Source: an uncultured Bacteroidia bacterium (GTDB lineage Bacteria > Bacteroidota > Bacteroidia > Bacteroidales > UBA932). Taken from it: 28,749 nt of DNA. Position 1 is the stretch's first letter. Each line of letters opens with the position of its first letter. Of the stretch, positions 16,153 to 27,577 are shown piece by piece. The stretch is taken from assembly GCA_902797895.1 (NCBI GenBank), contig CADBUS010000078.1, positions 1 to 28,749 of the forward strand. Reading direction: 5' to 3'. Under the pieces are notes generated by a model. The model was not told the DNA's origin and ran no database searches. It saw only the letters and a list, made by a program, of their open reading frames with translations. The position numbers and the translations under genes were made by a program.

Positions 16153-17703
16153 ATGAGTCGTCAACTCGAAGAAGTTAAATCGTTAATCTCGCTAAGAGAG
16201 AAAGCACGTTTGGGGGGAGGTCAGAAAAGAATTGACTCCCAGCACGAAAAGGGAAAATTTACAGCAAGAGAGAGAATAGCTATGTTGCTCGATGAGGGCA
16301 GCTTTGAGGAGTTTGATATGTTTGTAACCCACCGCTGTACCAACTTTGGAATGGAGAAGAACCGTGTACTCGGCGATGGTGTTGTAACAGGTTATGGTAC
16401 TATTGGCGGCAGGCTCGTTTATGTGTTTGCCCAAGATTTTACTGTATTGGGAGGCTCTCTGAGTGAGACCTTTGCACAAAAGATATGCAAGGTTATGGAT
16501 ATAGCTATGAAGGTAGGCGCACCTGTTATCGGAATCAACGATTCCGGCGGAGCGCGTATCCAAGAGGGTGTAAATGCCTTGGCCGGCTATACAGAGATAT
16601 TCCAGAGAAATATTCTTGCAAGCGGTGTCATTCCGCAGATTTCAGCCATATTCGGCCCTTGCGCAGGCGGTGCTGTTTACTCCCCTGCCCTAACCGATTT
16701 CAACATTATGTCCAAGGGGAGTTATATGTTCCTCACAGGCCCTAAGGTTGTAAAATCTGTCTTGGGAGAGGATGTTACTCAGGAGACACTTGGAGGTGCA
16801 AGCGTACACAGCAGCAAGAGCGGTGTGGCTCACTTTTCCGTTGATAATGAGGAGATTGGTATAGAGACAATAAAGGAGCTTCTCTCCTATCTGCCTCAGA
16901 ACAATATGGAGAGGACTCCACTTGTTCCAACCAACGATCCAATCAACAGAATGGACGATCTGCTTAACGACATTATACCGGACAACCCTAACAAACCATA
17001 CAATATGTACTCCGTTATCCAATCCATTGTTGATGACGGCAAGTTCCTTGAGGTGCATAAAGATTATGCAAAGAGCCTCATAGTTGGCTTTGCAAGGTTC
17101 GACGGAATTGCAGTAGGTATTGTTGCCAACCAGCCATCTGTGCTTGCAGGTGTATTGGATTCAAATTCAAGCCGCAAGGGTGCAAGATTTGTTCGCTTCT
17201 GCGATGCCTTCAATATCCCTATCATAACTTTGGAGGATGTACCGGGCTTCTTACCTGGCACACAGCAGGAGTACAATGGTATTATTCTGCACGGAGCAAA
17301 ACTGCTCTACGCATTTGGCGAGGCTACCGTTCCTAAAATAACAGTAGTTTTGAGAAAAGCCTACGGTGGTGCATACTGCGTTATGAGCAGCAAGCATTTG
17401 AGAGGAGATATCAACTATGCTTGGCCTACTGCCGAGATTGCAGTTATGGGTCCGAGCGGTGCCATTGAGATTCTCTATGGCAAAGAGCTTCAGGAGGCAG
17501 AAGATAAGGAGGCGTTCAAGGCAGAGAAGGAGAAAGAGTACAGAGATGCCTTTGCAAACCCTTACAATGCAGCCAAGTATGGTTACATTGATGATGTAAT
17601 TGAGCCACGCAATACCAGATTCAGAATAATCAGGGCTTTACATCAGCTTGAAAACAAGAAACTTACTAACCCTGCTAAAAAGCACGATAATCTTCCACTC
17701 TAA
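16153..17703 (+). CDS. mmdA: Methylmalonyl-CoA decarboxylase alpha (carboxyltransferase) subunit
   Basis: [43 protein letters not shown]; clustered with mce, biotin carrier and beta subunit. Confidence 0.93.
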   Translation: MSRQLEEVKSLISLREKARLGGGQKRIDSQHEKGKFTARERIAMLLDEGSFEEFDMFVTHRCTNFGMEKNRVLGDGVVTGYGTIGGRLVYVFAQDFTVLGGSLSETFAQKICKVMDIAMKVGAPVIGINDSGGARIQEGVNALAGYTEIFQRNILASGVIPQISAIFGPCAGGAVYSPALTDFNIMSKGSYMFLTGPKVVKSVLGEDVTQETLGGASVHSSKSGVAHFSVDNEEIGIETIKELLSYLPQNNMERTPLVPTNDPINRMDDLLNDIIPDNPNKPYNMYSVIQSIVDDGKFLEVHKDYAKSLIVGFARFDGIAVGIVANQPSVLAGVLDSNSSRKGARFVRFCDAFNIPIITLEDVPGFLPGTQQEYNGIILHGAKLLYAFGEATVPKITVVLRKAYGGAYCVMSSKHLRGDINYAWPTAEIAVMGPSGAIEILYGKELQEAEDKEAFKAEKEKEYRDAFANPYNAAKYGYIDDVIEPRNTRFRIIRALHQLENKKLTNPAKKHDNLPL

Positions 17704-17717
17704 AACAAGGAGAAGAA

Positions 17718-18710
17718 ATGAAGAGAATATTTTCAATAATAGTAGTCTCTCTGCTGCTCATCTCCAAGGGAGTCTTTGCCCAGAGTCCTGTTGATATAAG
17801 GATAAATGAAGTTTTGCCTTACAACATCTCCGGAGTAACAGACGAGAATGGAGAGAGATGCGGCTGGATAGAGCTCTTTAACACCGCCTACGGAATGGTG
17901 GATGTTGCAGGCTTCTATCTTACAGACAATAAGGATAATCCTACCAAGTATATGATTCCTAAAGGGAACAATGCTACCATTATCCCTTTGAGGAAATATT
18001 TGGTGCTTTATGCAGACGGGCAGCCTAACAAAGGGCTCTTCCACACCAATTTCACTCTTAACGGAGTAACCCATCTCTACCTTTACGATTCAGATGGAAA
18101 AACTCTGTTGGATGAGATTGAGATACCGGCCAATATGCCTGAAGATAAATCATTTGGCCGCGTTAAAGATGGCGAGGGAGTACACGTGCCTGTAGGATGG
18201 AGCAAACGCTCGCTCAGAAAAAACTCTATAGATAGCAAAGTTGGAGCAGACGGAGGATTGGCTATTCTGGAACATCCTACTCCGGCCCTTACAAACACAA
18301 CAAAGGCTGTTCAGAGCAAGTCTGAGATAATGAAAGATATGGATCCATACGGAGTTATCTTGGCTCTTACAGCAATGAGCGTGGTATTTCTCTGTCTTGT
18401 AATACTTTACACAGTATTCAAATCTATAGGCAAACGCGCGCTACGCAAAGAGGCCGAGAAGAGAGAAGCTGTTAAAGAGAGCAAGGTGGTTAAGATACCT
18501 TCCGTTGCTAATATCAAAACAGCAGACGGAGCTATCAATGAGGAGGTTATAGCAGCAATAGCTATTGCCTGCCATCTCTATTCTAATGGTATAGACAGCT
18601 CTGTACACGATGTGGAGAGCGGAGTTCTTACATTCAATCGCGATATTTTGAATAACTCTGCTTGGGGCTCCAAAAGCCTAACCCTCAAAGAGGAACCAAT
18701 TATAAAATAA
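17718..18710 (+). CDS. OadG/MmdD-type subunit with N-terminal signal peptide and lamin-tail-like domain
   Basis: Signal VFA|Q; INEVLPYN...DENGERCGWIELFN...GFYLTD; TM helix at about aa 212-235 (AMSVVFLCLVIL); IAAIAIACHLY...HDVESGVLT. Confidence 0.82.
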   Translation: MKRIFSIIVVSLLLISKGVFAQSPVDIRINEVLPYNISGVTDENGERCGWIELFNTAYGMVDVAGFYLTDNKDNPTKYMIPKGNNATIIPLRKYLVLYADGQPNKGLFHTNFTLNGVTHLYLYDSDGKTLLDEIEIPANMPEDKSFGRVKDGEGVHVPVGWSKRSLRKNSIDSKVGADGGLAILEHPTPALTNTTKAVQSKSEIMKDMDPYGVILALTAMSVVFLCLVILYTVFKSIGKRALRKEAEKREAVKESKVVKIPSVANIKTADGAINEEVIAAIAIACHLYSNGIDSSVHDVESGVLTFNRDILNNSAWGSKSLTLKEEPIIK

Positions 18711-18736
18711 TATAAACAACAGAAAAAAATAAAGTT

Positions 18737-19117
18737 ATGAAAGAATATAAGATTAAAGTAAACGGAAACGAGTATAATGTATCTGTAGAGGAGGTAGGTG
18801 GAACTATCAGCAATGTTAGCGTATCTGCTCCAAGACCAACTGCAACAGCTGCACCAAGCGCAGCACCTGCAGCAGCTCCTGCAAGCGCACCTGCATCTGC
18901 AGGCGGAACAAAAGTAACCTCTCCACTTCCTGGAGTTATATTAGATGTGGCTGTAAAAGAGGGAGATGCAGTTAAGAAGGGAGATAAGGTGATTGTTCTC
19001 GAGGCTATGAAGATGGAGAATATCATTGAGGCTACTGCAGATGGAGTTATCAAAGAGATAAAGGTTAAAAAGAGCGATTCAGTACTCGAGGGAGATACAC
19101 TTGTTATAATAGGTTAA
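18737..19117 (+). CDS. mmdC: Biotin carboxyl carrier subunit of the decarboxylase
   Basis: EAMKM biotinylation motif after an Ala/Pro linker. Confidence 0.95.
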   Translation: MKEYKIKVNGNEYNVSVEEVGGTISNVSVSAPRPTATAAPSAAPAAAPASAPASAGGTKVTSPLPGVILDVAVKEGDAVKKGDKVIVLEAMKMENIIEATADGVIKEIKVKKSDSVLEGDTLVIIG

Positions 19118-19140
19118 TTTGTTGTAAAGCATAGCAGATT

Positions 19141-20292
19141 ATGATTTTAGAATCAAACTTTGCAGCAAATCTCAATCAGTTTGCTCAATATACAGGCTTC
19201 GCCAATGTTACGGCAGGGCATATTATAATGATCCTGATCGGCTTGGTGTTTGTCTATTTGGCCATTAAGAAAGACTGGGAGCCTCTGCTGCTGATTCCTA
19301 TCGGATTCGGTATGGTTATAGGCAACATCCCTCTCTTCCCAGGTATGCAGGTGGGCATTTATGAGGATGGCTCTGTACTAAACATTCTCTACCAAGGAGT
19401 TAGGAGAGGTTTCTACCCTCCGCTGATTTTCCTTGGCATTGGTGCTATGACAGACTTCTCCGCCCTTATCTCCAACCCTAAGTTGCTGCTGGTTGGCGCT
19501 GCTGCGCAGTTCGGTATCTTTGCCGCCTACGCAGGTGCGCTTGCATTGGGCTTTACCCCTGCAGAGGCAGGAGCTATAGGTATTATAGGTGGAGCAGACG
19601 GCCCTACCGCCATCTTCCTTTCCGGTAAATTGGCTCCGGATTTGATTGGAGCTATATCGGTATCGGCCTACTCCTATATGGCCTTGGTGCCTGTAATCCA
19701 GCCTCCTGTAATGAGGATGCTTACAAGCAAAAAGGAGAGACTTATCAGAATGAAGGCCCCAAGAGCCGTATCGCAGCAGGAAAAGATTATATTCCCTATT
19801 GTGGGCTTTTTAATCACCGCCTTCATAGTGCCGTCAGGTATTCCGTTGCTCGGTATGCTCTTCTTTGGTAACTTGCTTAAAGAGAGCGGAGTTACAAGGC
19901 GACTTGCAGAAACTGCACGCGGTCCGCTCAACGATATAGTAGTTATACTTATAGGTATTACGGTAGGTTGTTCAACTCAAGCAGACAAATTCTTGCAGGG
20001 TAAATCTGTGCTGATTTTTGTACTTGGTGCAGCTTCTTTCTTTGTTGCTACATTTACAGGAGTGCTTTTCTGCAAGATTATAAACCTCTTCCTAAAGGAG
20101 GGCAACAAGTTGAATCCGCTTATTGGAAATGCCGGAGTATCAGCAGTTCCGGACTCTGCCCGCGTATCGCACGTACAGGGGCAGAAGTACGATCCGTCAA
20201 ACTTTTTGCTTATGCACGCAATGGGCCCTAATGTGGCAGGTGTGATAGGCAGTGCTGTGGCTGCAGGTATCCTGCTCGGATTCCTCAGCTGA
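19141..20292 (+). CDS. mmdB: Na+-translocating decarboxylase beta subunit (OadB/MmdB)
   Basis: Polytopic; FLGIGAMTDF, GIIGGADGPTAIF, SYMALVP, AGVSAVP, MGPNVAGVIGSA. Confidence 0.96.
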   Translation: MILESNFAANLNQFAQYTGFANVTAGHIIMILIGLVFVYLAIKKDWEPLLLIPIGFGMVIGNIPLFPGMQVGIYEDGSVLNILYQGVRRGFYPPLIFLGIGAMTDFSALISNPKLLLVGAAAQFGIFAAYAGALALGFTPAEAGAIGIIGGADGPTAIFLSGKLAPDLIGAISVSAYSYMALVPVIQPPVMRMLTSKKERLIRMKAPRAVSQQEKIIFPIVGFLITAFIVPSGIPLLGMLFFGNLLKESGVTRRLAETARGPLNDIVVILIGITVGCSTQADKFLQGKSVLIFVLGAASFFVATFTGVLFCKIINLFLKEGNKLNPLIGNAGVSAVPDSARVSHVQGQKYDPSNFLLMHAMGPNVAGVIGSAVAAGILLGFLS

Positions 20293-20321
20293 TAATCAGT
20301 TTTTTAACAAACATTTAAGAT

Positions 20322-20933
20322 ATGCAGGATAAATTGCAAGAGCTCACCCAAAAGCTCTATAATGAGGGGCTCGAAAAGGGCAAGCTGGAGGCCGAGCAGA
20401 TTCTACAACAGGCCAAGAAAAGGGCCGATGAGATTGTAGCGGAGGCTCAAAAGAGTGCAGCCGATATTATAAACGGTGCAGAAAAGCAGGCTCTGGAGCT
20501 TAAAGCAAAGGCAGAGGGCGATATCAGAAGCGCCTCTATGCAAACCATCTCCCAAGTGCGCCACAGCATAGAGGAGGCGGTAAAGATGGAGTGCGTAGAT
20601 AAACCTGTAGCCCAGGCTTTTAACTCACCCGATTTTATGCAGGGTATTATACAGACAATAGTTTCTGCATTCTCTCCGCAGAGTGAGAGCAGCTCTTTGG
20701 AGCTAATTCTGCCGGAGAGCAAAAAGGCTGAGCTTGACGGTTTTATACAGAGCAAACTGAAAGCCAAGTTTGCAGAGGGGCTGAGTGTTAAATATGATAA
20801 AGGTGTAGATAGCGGCTTCAAAATAAGCAGTAAAGGGAGTGGCTACTTTATCGATTTTACACAACAGGCTTTCCAAAATATGATAGCCGGATATATCAGG
20901 CCAAAGACCAGAAAACTTTTATTTGGTGAATAA
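20322..20933 (+). CDS. atpE: V/A-type ATPase subunit E
   Basis: Heptad-rich N-terminus MQDKLQELTQKLYNEG...; GFKI motif; first gene of the cluster. Confidence 0.85.
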   Translation: MQDKLQELTQKLYNEGLEKGKLEAEQILQQAKKRADEIVAEAQKSAADIINGAEKQALELKAKAEGDIRSASMQTISQVRHSIEEAVKMECVDKPVAQAFNSPDFMQGIIQTIVSAFSPQSESSSLELILPESKKAELDGFIQSKLKAKFAEGLSVKYDKGVDSGFKISSKGSGYFIDFTQQAFQNMIAGYIRPKTRKLLFGE

Positions 20934-21606
20934 TTATCACTACATAATAGCCTCGCTTCCGCAGCTCTCAAAGAGTTGGGCAGAGAATAGCTTTGATATT
21001 GATAAGGTTATAGCTGAGATTGTAGAACAGTGTTCTGACTCAGACAGGCAAGCCGTAGAGTTCTTTATAAAGGGCTCTGACGGCAACGGCCTGAGTCGCG
21101 AATACTACGCCAAGGCAGAAAAGAGCCAAAGCCGTTTTACAAAGCTCTACTATAACTTAGATAGGCAGATTCGCAATTTGAAGGTCAAGGCTGTTGCGCA
21201 GGCTCTTTATGGCCCTGAGGAGGCAAAAGAGAAGATTGAGCGCTACTCAATAGAGCTTAATCAGAGCGATCCTTACGGAGAGTATCGCGAGGAAAAAGAG
21301 GATCTTTCTCGGTTAGACAGTGCTGATATTGAGGCACTTTCCGCAATTTTTGCAAACAGCAACATATTGGAGAAAGAGAGGCTGCTTGACGATTTCAAAT
21401 GGGAAAAAATTAACATTTTTACTACATTCGATTACTTCAATCTCGATTACATATTGTCTTTCATTTCCAAATCTCTGCTGATACAGAGGTGGATGAAGCT
21501 CGATAAGGAGAACGGTAAACACCTGTTCCGCAAGTTGGTAGATGAAGTAAGAGGAAGTTTTGATAAAAATAAATTGATTTACCGGATAGATGAAAACAAC
21601 GGGTAA
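20926..21606 (+). CDS. DUF2764 family protein, putative V/A-ATPase subunit C (GTG 20926 or TTG 20923 start)
   Basis: NYHYIIASLP start, LEKERLLDDFKW, FNLDYIL, RWMKLDKENG; lies between E and A. Confidence 0.78.
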   Translation: MNNYHYIIASLPQLSKSWAENSFDIDKVIAEIVEQCSDSDRQAVEFFIKGSDGNGLSREYYAKAEKSQSRFTKLYYNLDRQIRNLKVKAVAQALYGPEEAKEKIERYSIELNQSDPYGEYREEKEDLSRLDSADIEALSAIFANSNILEKERLLDDFKWEKINIFTTFDYFNLDYILSFISKSLLIQRWMKLDKENGKHLFRKLVDEVRGSFDKNKLIYRIDENNG

Positions 21607-23341
21607 AGTAACAGGTATTGTCTCCAACCTTGTAACGGTTGAGGTTAATGCTCCTGTGGCACAAAACGAACTGTGTTACATAGAGTTGGAGGATACAAAG
21701 CTAATGGCGGAGGTCATAAAAGTAAACGGCTCAAGCGTATCTGTACAGGTATATGAGAGTACGCGCGGCCTCAAGGTTGGATGCAGCGTTGTATTTGAGG
21801 GCAAGATGCTTGAGGTTTCACTCGGGCCTGGCTTGCTATCAAGCAATTACGATGGATTGCAGAATAACCTTGCCACAATGGAGGATGTATTTCTCAAAAG
21901 AGGCGAATATACTGCCGCCTTGGATGCAGATAAAAAATGGGAGTTCACCCCTATCGTATCTGCAGGCGCAACGGTTGCGGCAGCAGATTGGCTCGGAGAG
22001 GTAAAGGAGGGATGGTTGCCTCACAAGATTATGGTACCTTTCTCATTTGCAGGAGATTATACCGTTAAGCAGATTGCTCCGCAAGGCAGCTATACCATTA
22101 ACGATACCATTGCTACCCTAACCGACAGCAAGGGGGAGGAGTTTAAGGTAACTATGTGCCAGAGGTGGCCTGTAAAGGTTGCCATAAAGGGGTACAAAGA
22201 GAAACCGCGTCCATACAGAATAATGGAGACCGGCGTTAGGGCAATAGATACCTTCAATCCTATTGCAGAGGGTGGAACAGGCTTTATACCAGGCCCTTTC
22301 GGATGCGGCAAAACCGTTATCCAGCACGCGATAGCAAAGCAGGCGGAGGCAGATGTTATAATAATGGCTGCCTGCGGAGAGCGAGCAAACGAAGTTGTGG
22401 AGATTTTCAAAGAGTTTCCGGAGTTGATAGATTCCAGAACAGGGCGCAAGCTAATTGAAAGAACCACAATAATTTGCAACACCTCAAATATGCCTGTTGC
22501 AGCCCGCGAGGCATCTGTATATACGGCAATGACTATCGCTGAGTATTATAGGGCTATGGGGCTTAAAGTGCTTTTGCTTGCAGACTCTACCTCGCGATGG
22601 GCTCAGGCACTCAGGGAGATGTCAAACAGAATGGAGGAGCTGCCGGGTGCAGACGCCTTTCCTGTTGACCTATCATCCATTATATCCAACTTCTACTCCA
22701 GAGCCGGAATAGTGGTACTGAACAACGGGCAGACAGGCTCTGTAACATTCCTGGGAACTGTCTCACCTGCAGGCGGTAATCTTAAAGAGCCTGTAACAGA
22801 ATCCACCAAAAAGTGCGCAAGATGTTTCTACGCGCTCAACCAGAATCGTGCAGACAGCAAACGCTATCCTGCCATAGACCCTATAGACTCCTACTCCAAA
22901 TACCTTGAGTATCCTGAAATGGAGGAGTTCTTTACGGAAAAGCTCAGCAAGGATTGGGTTAGCAAGGTACTTGCTGCAAGGAATATAACCCTTAGGGGAA
23001 AGGAGGCTTACGACCAGATAAACATTCTTGGAGACGATGGCGTTCCTATGGACTATCACCTCAGATATTGGAAGAGCGAACTTGTGGATTTCATTCTGTT
23101 GCAGCAAGATGCGTTTGATGCAATAGATTGCCAGACTCCACTTAAAAGGCAGGAGTATATGCTCAATTTAGTGCTTGATATATGCAACAAAGAGTATAAG
23201 TTCAGCAGATTTGAGGAGTGCATACAATTCTTCAAGAGCCTTATCAATATAATGAGGCAGATGAACTTCTCCGAGTTTGGCAGCAGCCGCTTCAACGAAT
23301 ACCAGAAACAACTCCAAAATAGAGTAGAAAATGTCCTCTAA
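21590..23341 (+). CDS. atpA: V/A-type ATPase catalytic subunit A
   Basis: Walker A GPFGCGKT, CGERANEV, NTSNMPVAAREAS, DSTSRWAQALRE. Confidence 0.97.
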   Translation: MKTTGKVTGIVSNLVTVEVNAPVAQNELCYIELEDTKLMAEVIKVNGSSVSVQVYESTRGLKVGCSVVFEGKMLEVSLGPGLLSSNYDGLQNNLATMEDVFLKRGEYTAALDADKKWEFTPIVSAGATVAAADWLGEVKEGWLPHKIMVPFSFAGDYTVKQIAPQGSYTINDTIATLTDSKGEEFKVTMCQRWPVKVAIKGYKEKPRPYRIMETGVRAIDTFNPIAEGGTGFIPGPFGCGKTVIQHAIAKQAEADVIIMAACGERANEVVEIFKEFPELIDSRTGRKLIERTTIICNTSNMPVAAREASVYTAMTIAEYYRAMGLKVLLLADSTSRWAQALREMSNRMEELPGADAFPVDLSSIISNFYSRAGIVVLNNGQTGSVTFLGTVSPAGGNLKEPVTESTKKCARCFYALNQNRADSKRYPAIDPIDSYSKYLEYPEMEEFFTEKLSKDWVSKVLAARNITLRGKEAYDQINILGDDGVPMDYHLRYWKSELVDFILLQQDAFDAIDCQTPLKRQEYMLNLVLDICNKEYKFSRFEECIQFFKSLINIMRQMNFSEFGSSRFNEYQKQLQNRVENVL

Positions 23342-24647
23342 CATATTTCAGAAAATATACACCAAGTTGGAATCTATAACAAAGGCTACTGTAACGCTCA
23401 AAGCTACAGGAGTTTCCAACGATGAGCTTGCCAAGGTGGCAGGCCGTTTGGCGCAGGTTGTAAAAATTAAGGGCGATTTGGTTACCCTGCAGGTATTTGA
23501 GGGTACGGAGGGTATTCCAACAAATGCCGAGGTGGAGTTCTTTGGCGAGCCGCCTGCACTCAATGTGGGAGAAGAACTTAGCGGCCGTTTCCTGAATGCC
23601 TACGGAGAGCCTATTGACGGCGGTCCAAAAGTTGAGGGAATCAGAAGATATATCGGAGGGCCGAGCGTGAATCCGTTCAAGAGAAGGCAGCCGTCTGAAC
23701 TTATACCTACCGGAATCGCCGGCATAGATTTGAACAACACACTCGTATCGGGGCAGAAGATTCCTTTCTTTGCAGATCCGGATCAGCCTTATAATCAGGT
23801 TATGGCAGATGTTGCCCTCAGAGCCGATGTAGATAAAATCATACTTGGCGGAATGGGACTCTCCAACGATGACTATCTCTTCTTCCGCCAAAAGTTTGAA
23901 GATGCAGGTGCGCTGAATAAAATAATCTGCTTTGTAAATACTACGGAGGAGCCGCCTGTGGAGAGGCTTCTTATACCTGATATGGCACTTACTGCGGCAG
24001 AGTATTTTGCGGTAGATAAAAACGAGAAAGTGCTTGTGCTTCTTACAGATATGACTCTCTATGCAGACGCTCTCAGTATTGTGAGCAACCGTATGGATCA
24101 GATTCCGAGTAAGGACTCTATGCCTGGCTCGCTCTATTCAGACCTTGCAAAAATTTACGAGAAAGCTGTGCAACTGCCGGACGGAGGCTCTATTACAATC
24201 ATAGCTGTAACTACACTCAACGATGGCGATATTACCCACGCAATTCCGGATAATACCGGCTATATCACAGAGGGGCAGCTCTATTTGAGAAAGGATACCG
24301 ATACCGGAAAGATTATTGTAGATCCTTTCAGAAGTTTATCGAGGCTTAAACAGCTCGTTATCAATAAAAAGACAAGAGAGGACCACAGTCAGGTTATGAA
24401 TACCGGTGTAAGGCTCTTTGCAGATGCGGCCAATGCCAAAACAAAGCTGGAGAATGGCTTTGACCTCTCTGATTACGATATGCGTTGCCTTGAGTATGCA
24501 AAAGAGTACTCAAACAAACTCCTCTCCATAGATGTGAATATAAAGATAGAGGAGATGCTCAATACCGGTTGGAGTCTCTTCCGCAAATACTTCAAACCGG
24601 AGGAGTTAGGTATAAAACAAGAACTTGTAGATAAGTATTGGAAATAG
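23331..24647 (+). CDS. atpB: V/A-type ATPase subunit B
   Basis: TGIAGID, GQKIPFF, LLTDMTLYADAL, PGSLYSDLA, PDNTGYITEGQ. Confidence 0.97.
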   Translation: MSSNIFQKIYTKLESITKATVTLKATGVSNDELAKVAGRLAQVVKIKGDLVTLQVFEGTEGIPTNAEVEFFGEPPALNVGEELSGRFLNAYGEPIDGGPKVEGIRRYIGGPSVNPFKRRQPSELIPTGIAGIDLNNTLVSGQKIPFFADPDQPYNQVMADVALRADVDKIILGGMGLSNDDYLFFRQKFEDAGALNKIICFVNTTEEPPVERLLIPDMALTAAEYFAVDKNEKVLVLLTDMTLYADALSIVSNRMDQIPSKDSMPGSLYSDLAKIYEKAVQLPDGGSITIIAVTTLNDGDITHAIPDNTGYITEGQLYLRKDTDTGKIIVDPFRSLSRLKQLVINKKTREDHSQVMNTGVRLFADAANAKTKLENGFDLSDYDMRCLEYAKEYSNKLLSIDVNIKIEEMLNTGWSLFRKYFKPEELGIKQELVDKYWK

Positions 24648-24656
24648 CCAATAGCT

Positions 24657-25265
24657 ATGGCAATTAAGTTTCAATATAATAAGACCTCTTTGAACAACCT
24701 TAACAAACAGCTGAAGGTGAGGAAGAACGCCTTGCCTACCCTTAAAAACAAGGAGAGCGCGTTAAGAGTTGAGGTTAAGAATGCAAAGAAAAAGAGCGAG
24801 GAGCTTATTGAGCGCCTTGAGCAGACTTTGCGCTCTTACGACTATTTGGCACCTATGTGGAATGAGTTTGAGAACGGGCTTATATCTGTTAAAGATGTGA
24901 TGCTCAAAACAGAGAAGGTAGCCGGAATTAAAACCCCTGCAATAGAGGAGATTATATTTGAGATAAAGGATTTTGACCTCTTTAAGAAGCCGCTTTGGTA
25001 TTCAGACGGAGTGGAGATTCTTAAAAAGATGGCCAAATATGGCATAGAGTCTGAGGTTTACAAAGAGAAGATGAGGATTCTGGACTACTCCAGAAAAAAG
25101 ACCACTCAAAAGGTTAATCTCTACGAAAAAGTTCAGATTCCGGGCTATATGGAGGCCATAAGAAAAATCAAGCGATATATGGAGGATGAGGAGAATCTCT
25201 CCAAAGCCTCCCAGAAGATTGTAAAACAAAGACACACATTGGAGGAGGAGCAAGAGGATGATTAA
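24657..25265 (+). CDS. atpD: V/A-type ATPase subunit D
   Basis: ALPTLKNKE, KKTTQKVNLYEKVQIP, YMEDEE. Confidence 0.93.
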   Translation: MAIKFQYNKTSLNNLNKQLKVRKNALPTLKNKESALRVEVKNAKKKSEELIERLEQTLRSYDYLAPMWNEFENGLISVKDVMLKTEKVAGIKTPAIEEIIFEIKDFDLFKKPLWYSDGVEILKKMAKYGIESEVYKEKMRILDYSRKKTTQKVNLYEKVQIPGYMEAIRKIKRYMEDEENLSKASQKIVKQRHTLEEEQEDD

Positions 25266-27135
25266 ACCTATGACAAAATACTCCTTTGTGATTTTCCACA
25301 AAGAGGCAGGCGAGTTTTTAGCCAAGCTCCAAGAGATTGGCCTTATGGATATTACGCGCTCTACCAAGCCGGCTACAGCAGAGTCAAAAGAGCTGTTTGA
25401 GAAGATGCAAAAGCTCTCGGAAGCACTCCATACCCTTGGGGAGATTGATAAATCTGTAAAGGATGGCAAGCTCAAAATAGATAAGAAGAGTGTTTTGGAA
25501 GGTGGTGTGTCAAAAGGCTCGGAGGAGGAGCAAGCCCTAATCATTGCCTCTTATACAGAGGAGCTTGCACAACAGAAAAAGAGGATTGAGGGAGAAATAT
25601 CCACTCTCGAAAACGAGCTTAAACTCGCGCTCCCTTGGGGAGATTTCAATCGAGATGATATAGAAAAAATAAAGGCTCTCGGCTACACTCTGCACTACTA
25701 CTGTGTTGCAGAAAAGAGGTTTGAGCCGGCTTTGGCAGAGCAATATCCGTTGCAGGAGATAAGCCGCAACGCAGAGAAGGTATATTTTGTAATACTCTCG
25801 CCCAAAGGAGATAACAGCGCTCTGCCGCCAAGGCTAAAGGAGATTGCAGCTCCCACAAGGGCGCAGAGTGAGATAGCCGGAGATATAGCGCGGCAGCGTT
25901 CCGAGCTTGAGGAGATAAACTGCAAACTCTACCTCCTCTCTCAAAAAAGCGGAGTTATAACAAGCACAATAGATACCCTCAAATCTCGGGCAGATTTGTT
26001 CCTTGCAGCAGAGGGTGCTACCAAGGAGGCGGAGCAGAAGCTCGATATATTCGAAGGCTTTGCCCCTACCGAAAGTGATTCTCAGATTAGCTCATTCTTA
26101 GACTCTTACAGCGGTGTACTCTATCTAAAACAGGAGGCCACCCTACAGGATAATCCGCCTATTGCGCTAAAAAACAATCGGTTTACCAGAATGTTTGCGC
26201 TCCTTACAGATATGTACGGCAGGCCGGCTTACAACGAATTTGATCCTACCCCATATATCGCCATCTTCTTTATGCTCTTTTTTGCAATGTGTATGGGAGA
26301 TGCAGGTTATGGTATATTGCTTATAATAATATCGTTCCTTCTTAAAAAAGCCAAAGGTGCTGCGCAGTTTGCACCGCTTGTGCTCACCCTCGGAATAGCT
26401 ACCACAGTAATAGGCTTTGTGTTGCACACATTCTTTGGGGTTGATATATCGCAAGTTAGCTGGATGCCTTCTGTGGCCAAGAAGTTTATGATAACAGGCA
26501 AAATTGCAGGCTACGATGCCCAAATGCTACTCTCATTTGCCATTGGCGTATTCCATATATGTGTGGCTATGGTTGTAAAGGCCATCTACTCAATAAAGAA
26601 GAACGGCTTTGCCGCCTCGCTCGGCACCTTAGGCTGGACCCTGCTTATAGTTGGCTCAGTAATAGCCGGTTCCATAGCGTTGGCCGGAGTTATGAGCGCG
26701 GCTGTTACTAAAATTGTAATCATCGCGATAGGAATACTCTCCGCCATTGGTATATTTTTGCTCAACGATATTCATCGCAATCCGCTCAAAAACATTGGCA
26801 GCGGACTTTGGGAGACCTACAACACAGCAACCGGCCTGCTTGGCGATGTTTTAAGCTACATAAGGCTCTATGCACTCGGCTTGGCCGGCGGAATGTTGGG
26901 CGCTGCATTCAATCAGCTTGGAGGAATGATAATTGGTGATACAGAGGGCTTTACAATAAAATGGATATTCTTTGTATTAGTGGTTGTACTTGGTCATACT
27001 CTCAACCTTGCAATGTGCTGTTTGGGAGCCTTTGTACATCCGTTAAGGCTTAACTTCTTGGAGTTCTTCAAAAACAGCGGCTACGAGGGGAGCGGCAAAA
27101 CCTATAAACCTTTGACAATAAATAATAATAACTAA
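25258..27135 (+). CDS. atpI: V/A-type ATPase subunit I (a)
   Basis: Soluble N-half; YGRPAYNEFDPT, MGDAGYG, DVLSYIRLYALGL (essential Arg), HPLRLNFLEFF. Confidence 0.96.
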   Translation: MIKPMTKYSFVIFHKEAGEFLAKLQEIGLMDITRSTKPATAESKELFEKMQKLSEALHTLGEIDKSVKDGKLKIDKKSVLEGGVSKGSEEEQALIIASYTEELAQQKKRIEGEISTLENELKLALPWGDFNRDDIEKIKALGYTLHYYCVAEKRFEPALAEQYPLQEISRNAEKVYFVILSPKGDNSALPPRLKEIAAPTRAQSEIAGDIARQRSELEEINCKLYLLSQKSGVITSTIDTLKSRADLFLAAEGATKEAEQKLDIFEGFAPTESDSQISSFLDSYSGVLYLKQEATLQDNPPIALKNNRFTRMFALLTDMYGRPAYNEFDPTPYIAIFFMLFFAMCMGDAGYGILLIIISFLLKKAKGAAQFAPLVLTLGIATTVIGFVLHTFFGVDISQVSWMPSVAKKFMITGKIAGYDAQMLLSFAIGVFHICVAMVVKAIYSIKKNGFAASLGTLGWTLLIVGSVIAGSIALAGVMSAAVTKIVIIAIGILSAIGIFLLNDIHRNPLKNIGSGLWETYNTATGLLGDVLSYIRLYALGLAGGMLGAAFNQLGGMIIGDTEGFTIKWIFFVLVVVLGHTLNLAMCCLGAFVHPLRLNFLEFFKNSGYEGSGKTYKPLTINNNN

Positions 27136-27145
27136 TAAACAATAA

Positions 27146-27571
<426 letters not shown>

Positions 27572-27577
27572 TTGCAG

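Noticed and set aside
18835-18905. GCA/CCT-rich repeats in mmdC
   Set aside because: Ordinary Ala/Pro hinge of biotin carrier proteins.
23292-25544. Minus-strand ORFs 23292..23891 (199 aa) and 25002..25544 (180 aa)
   Set aside because: Antisense shadows of ATPase genes with no domain signal.
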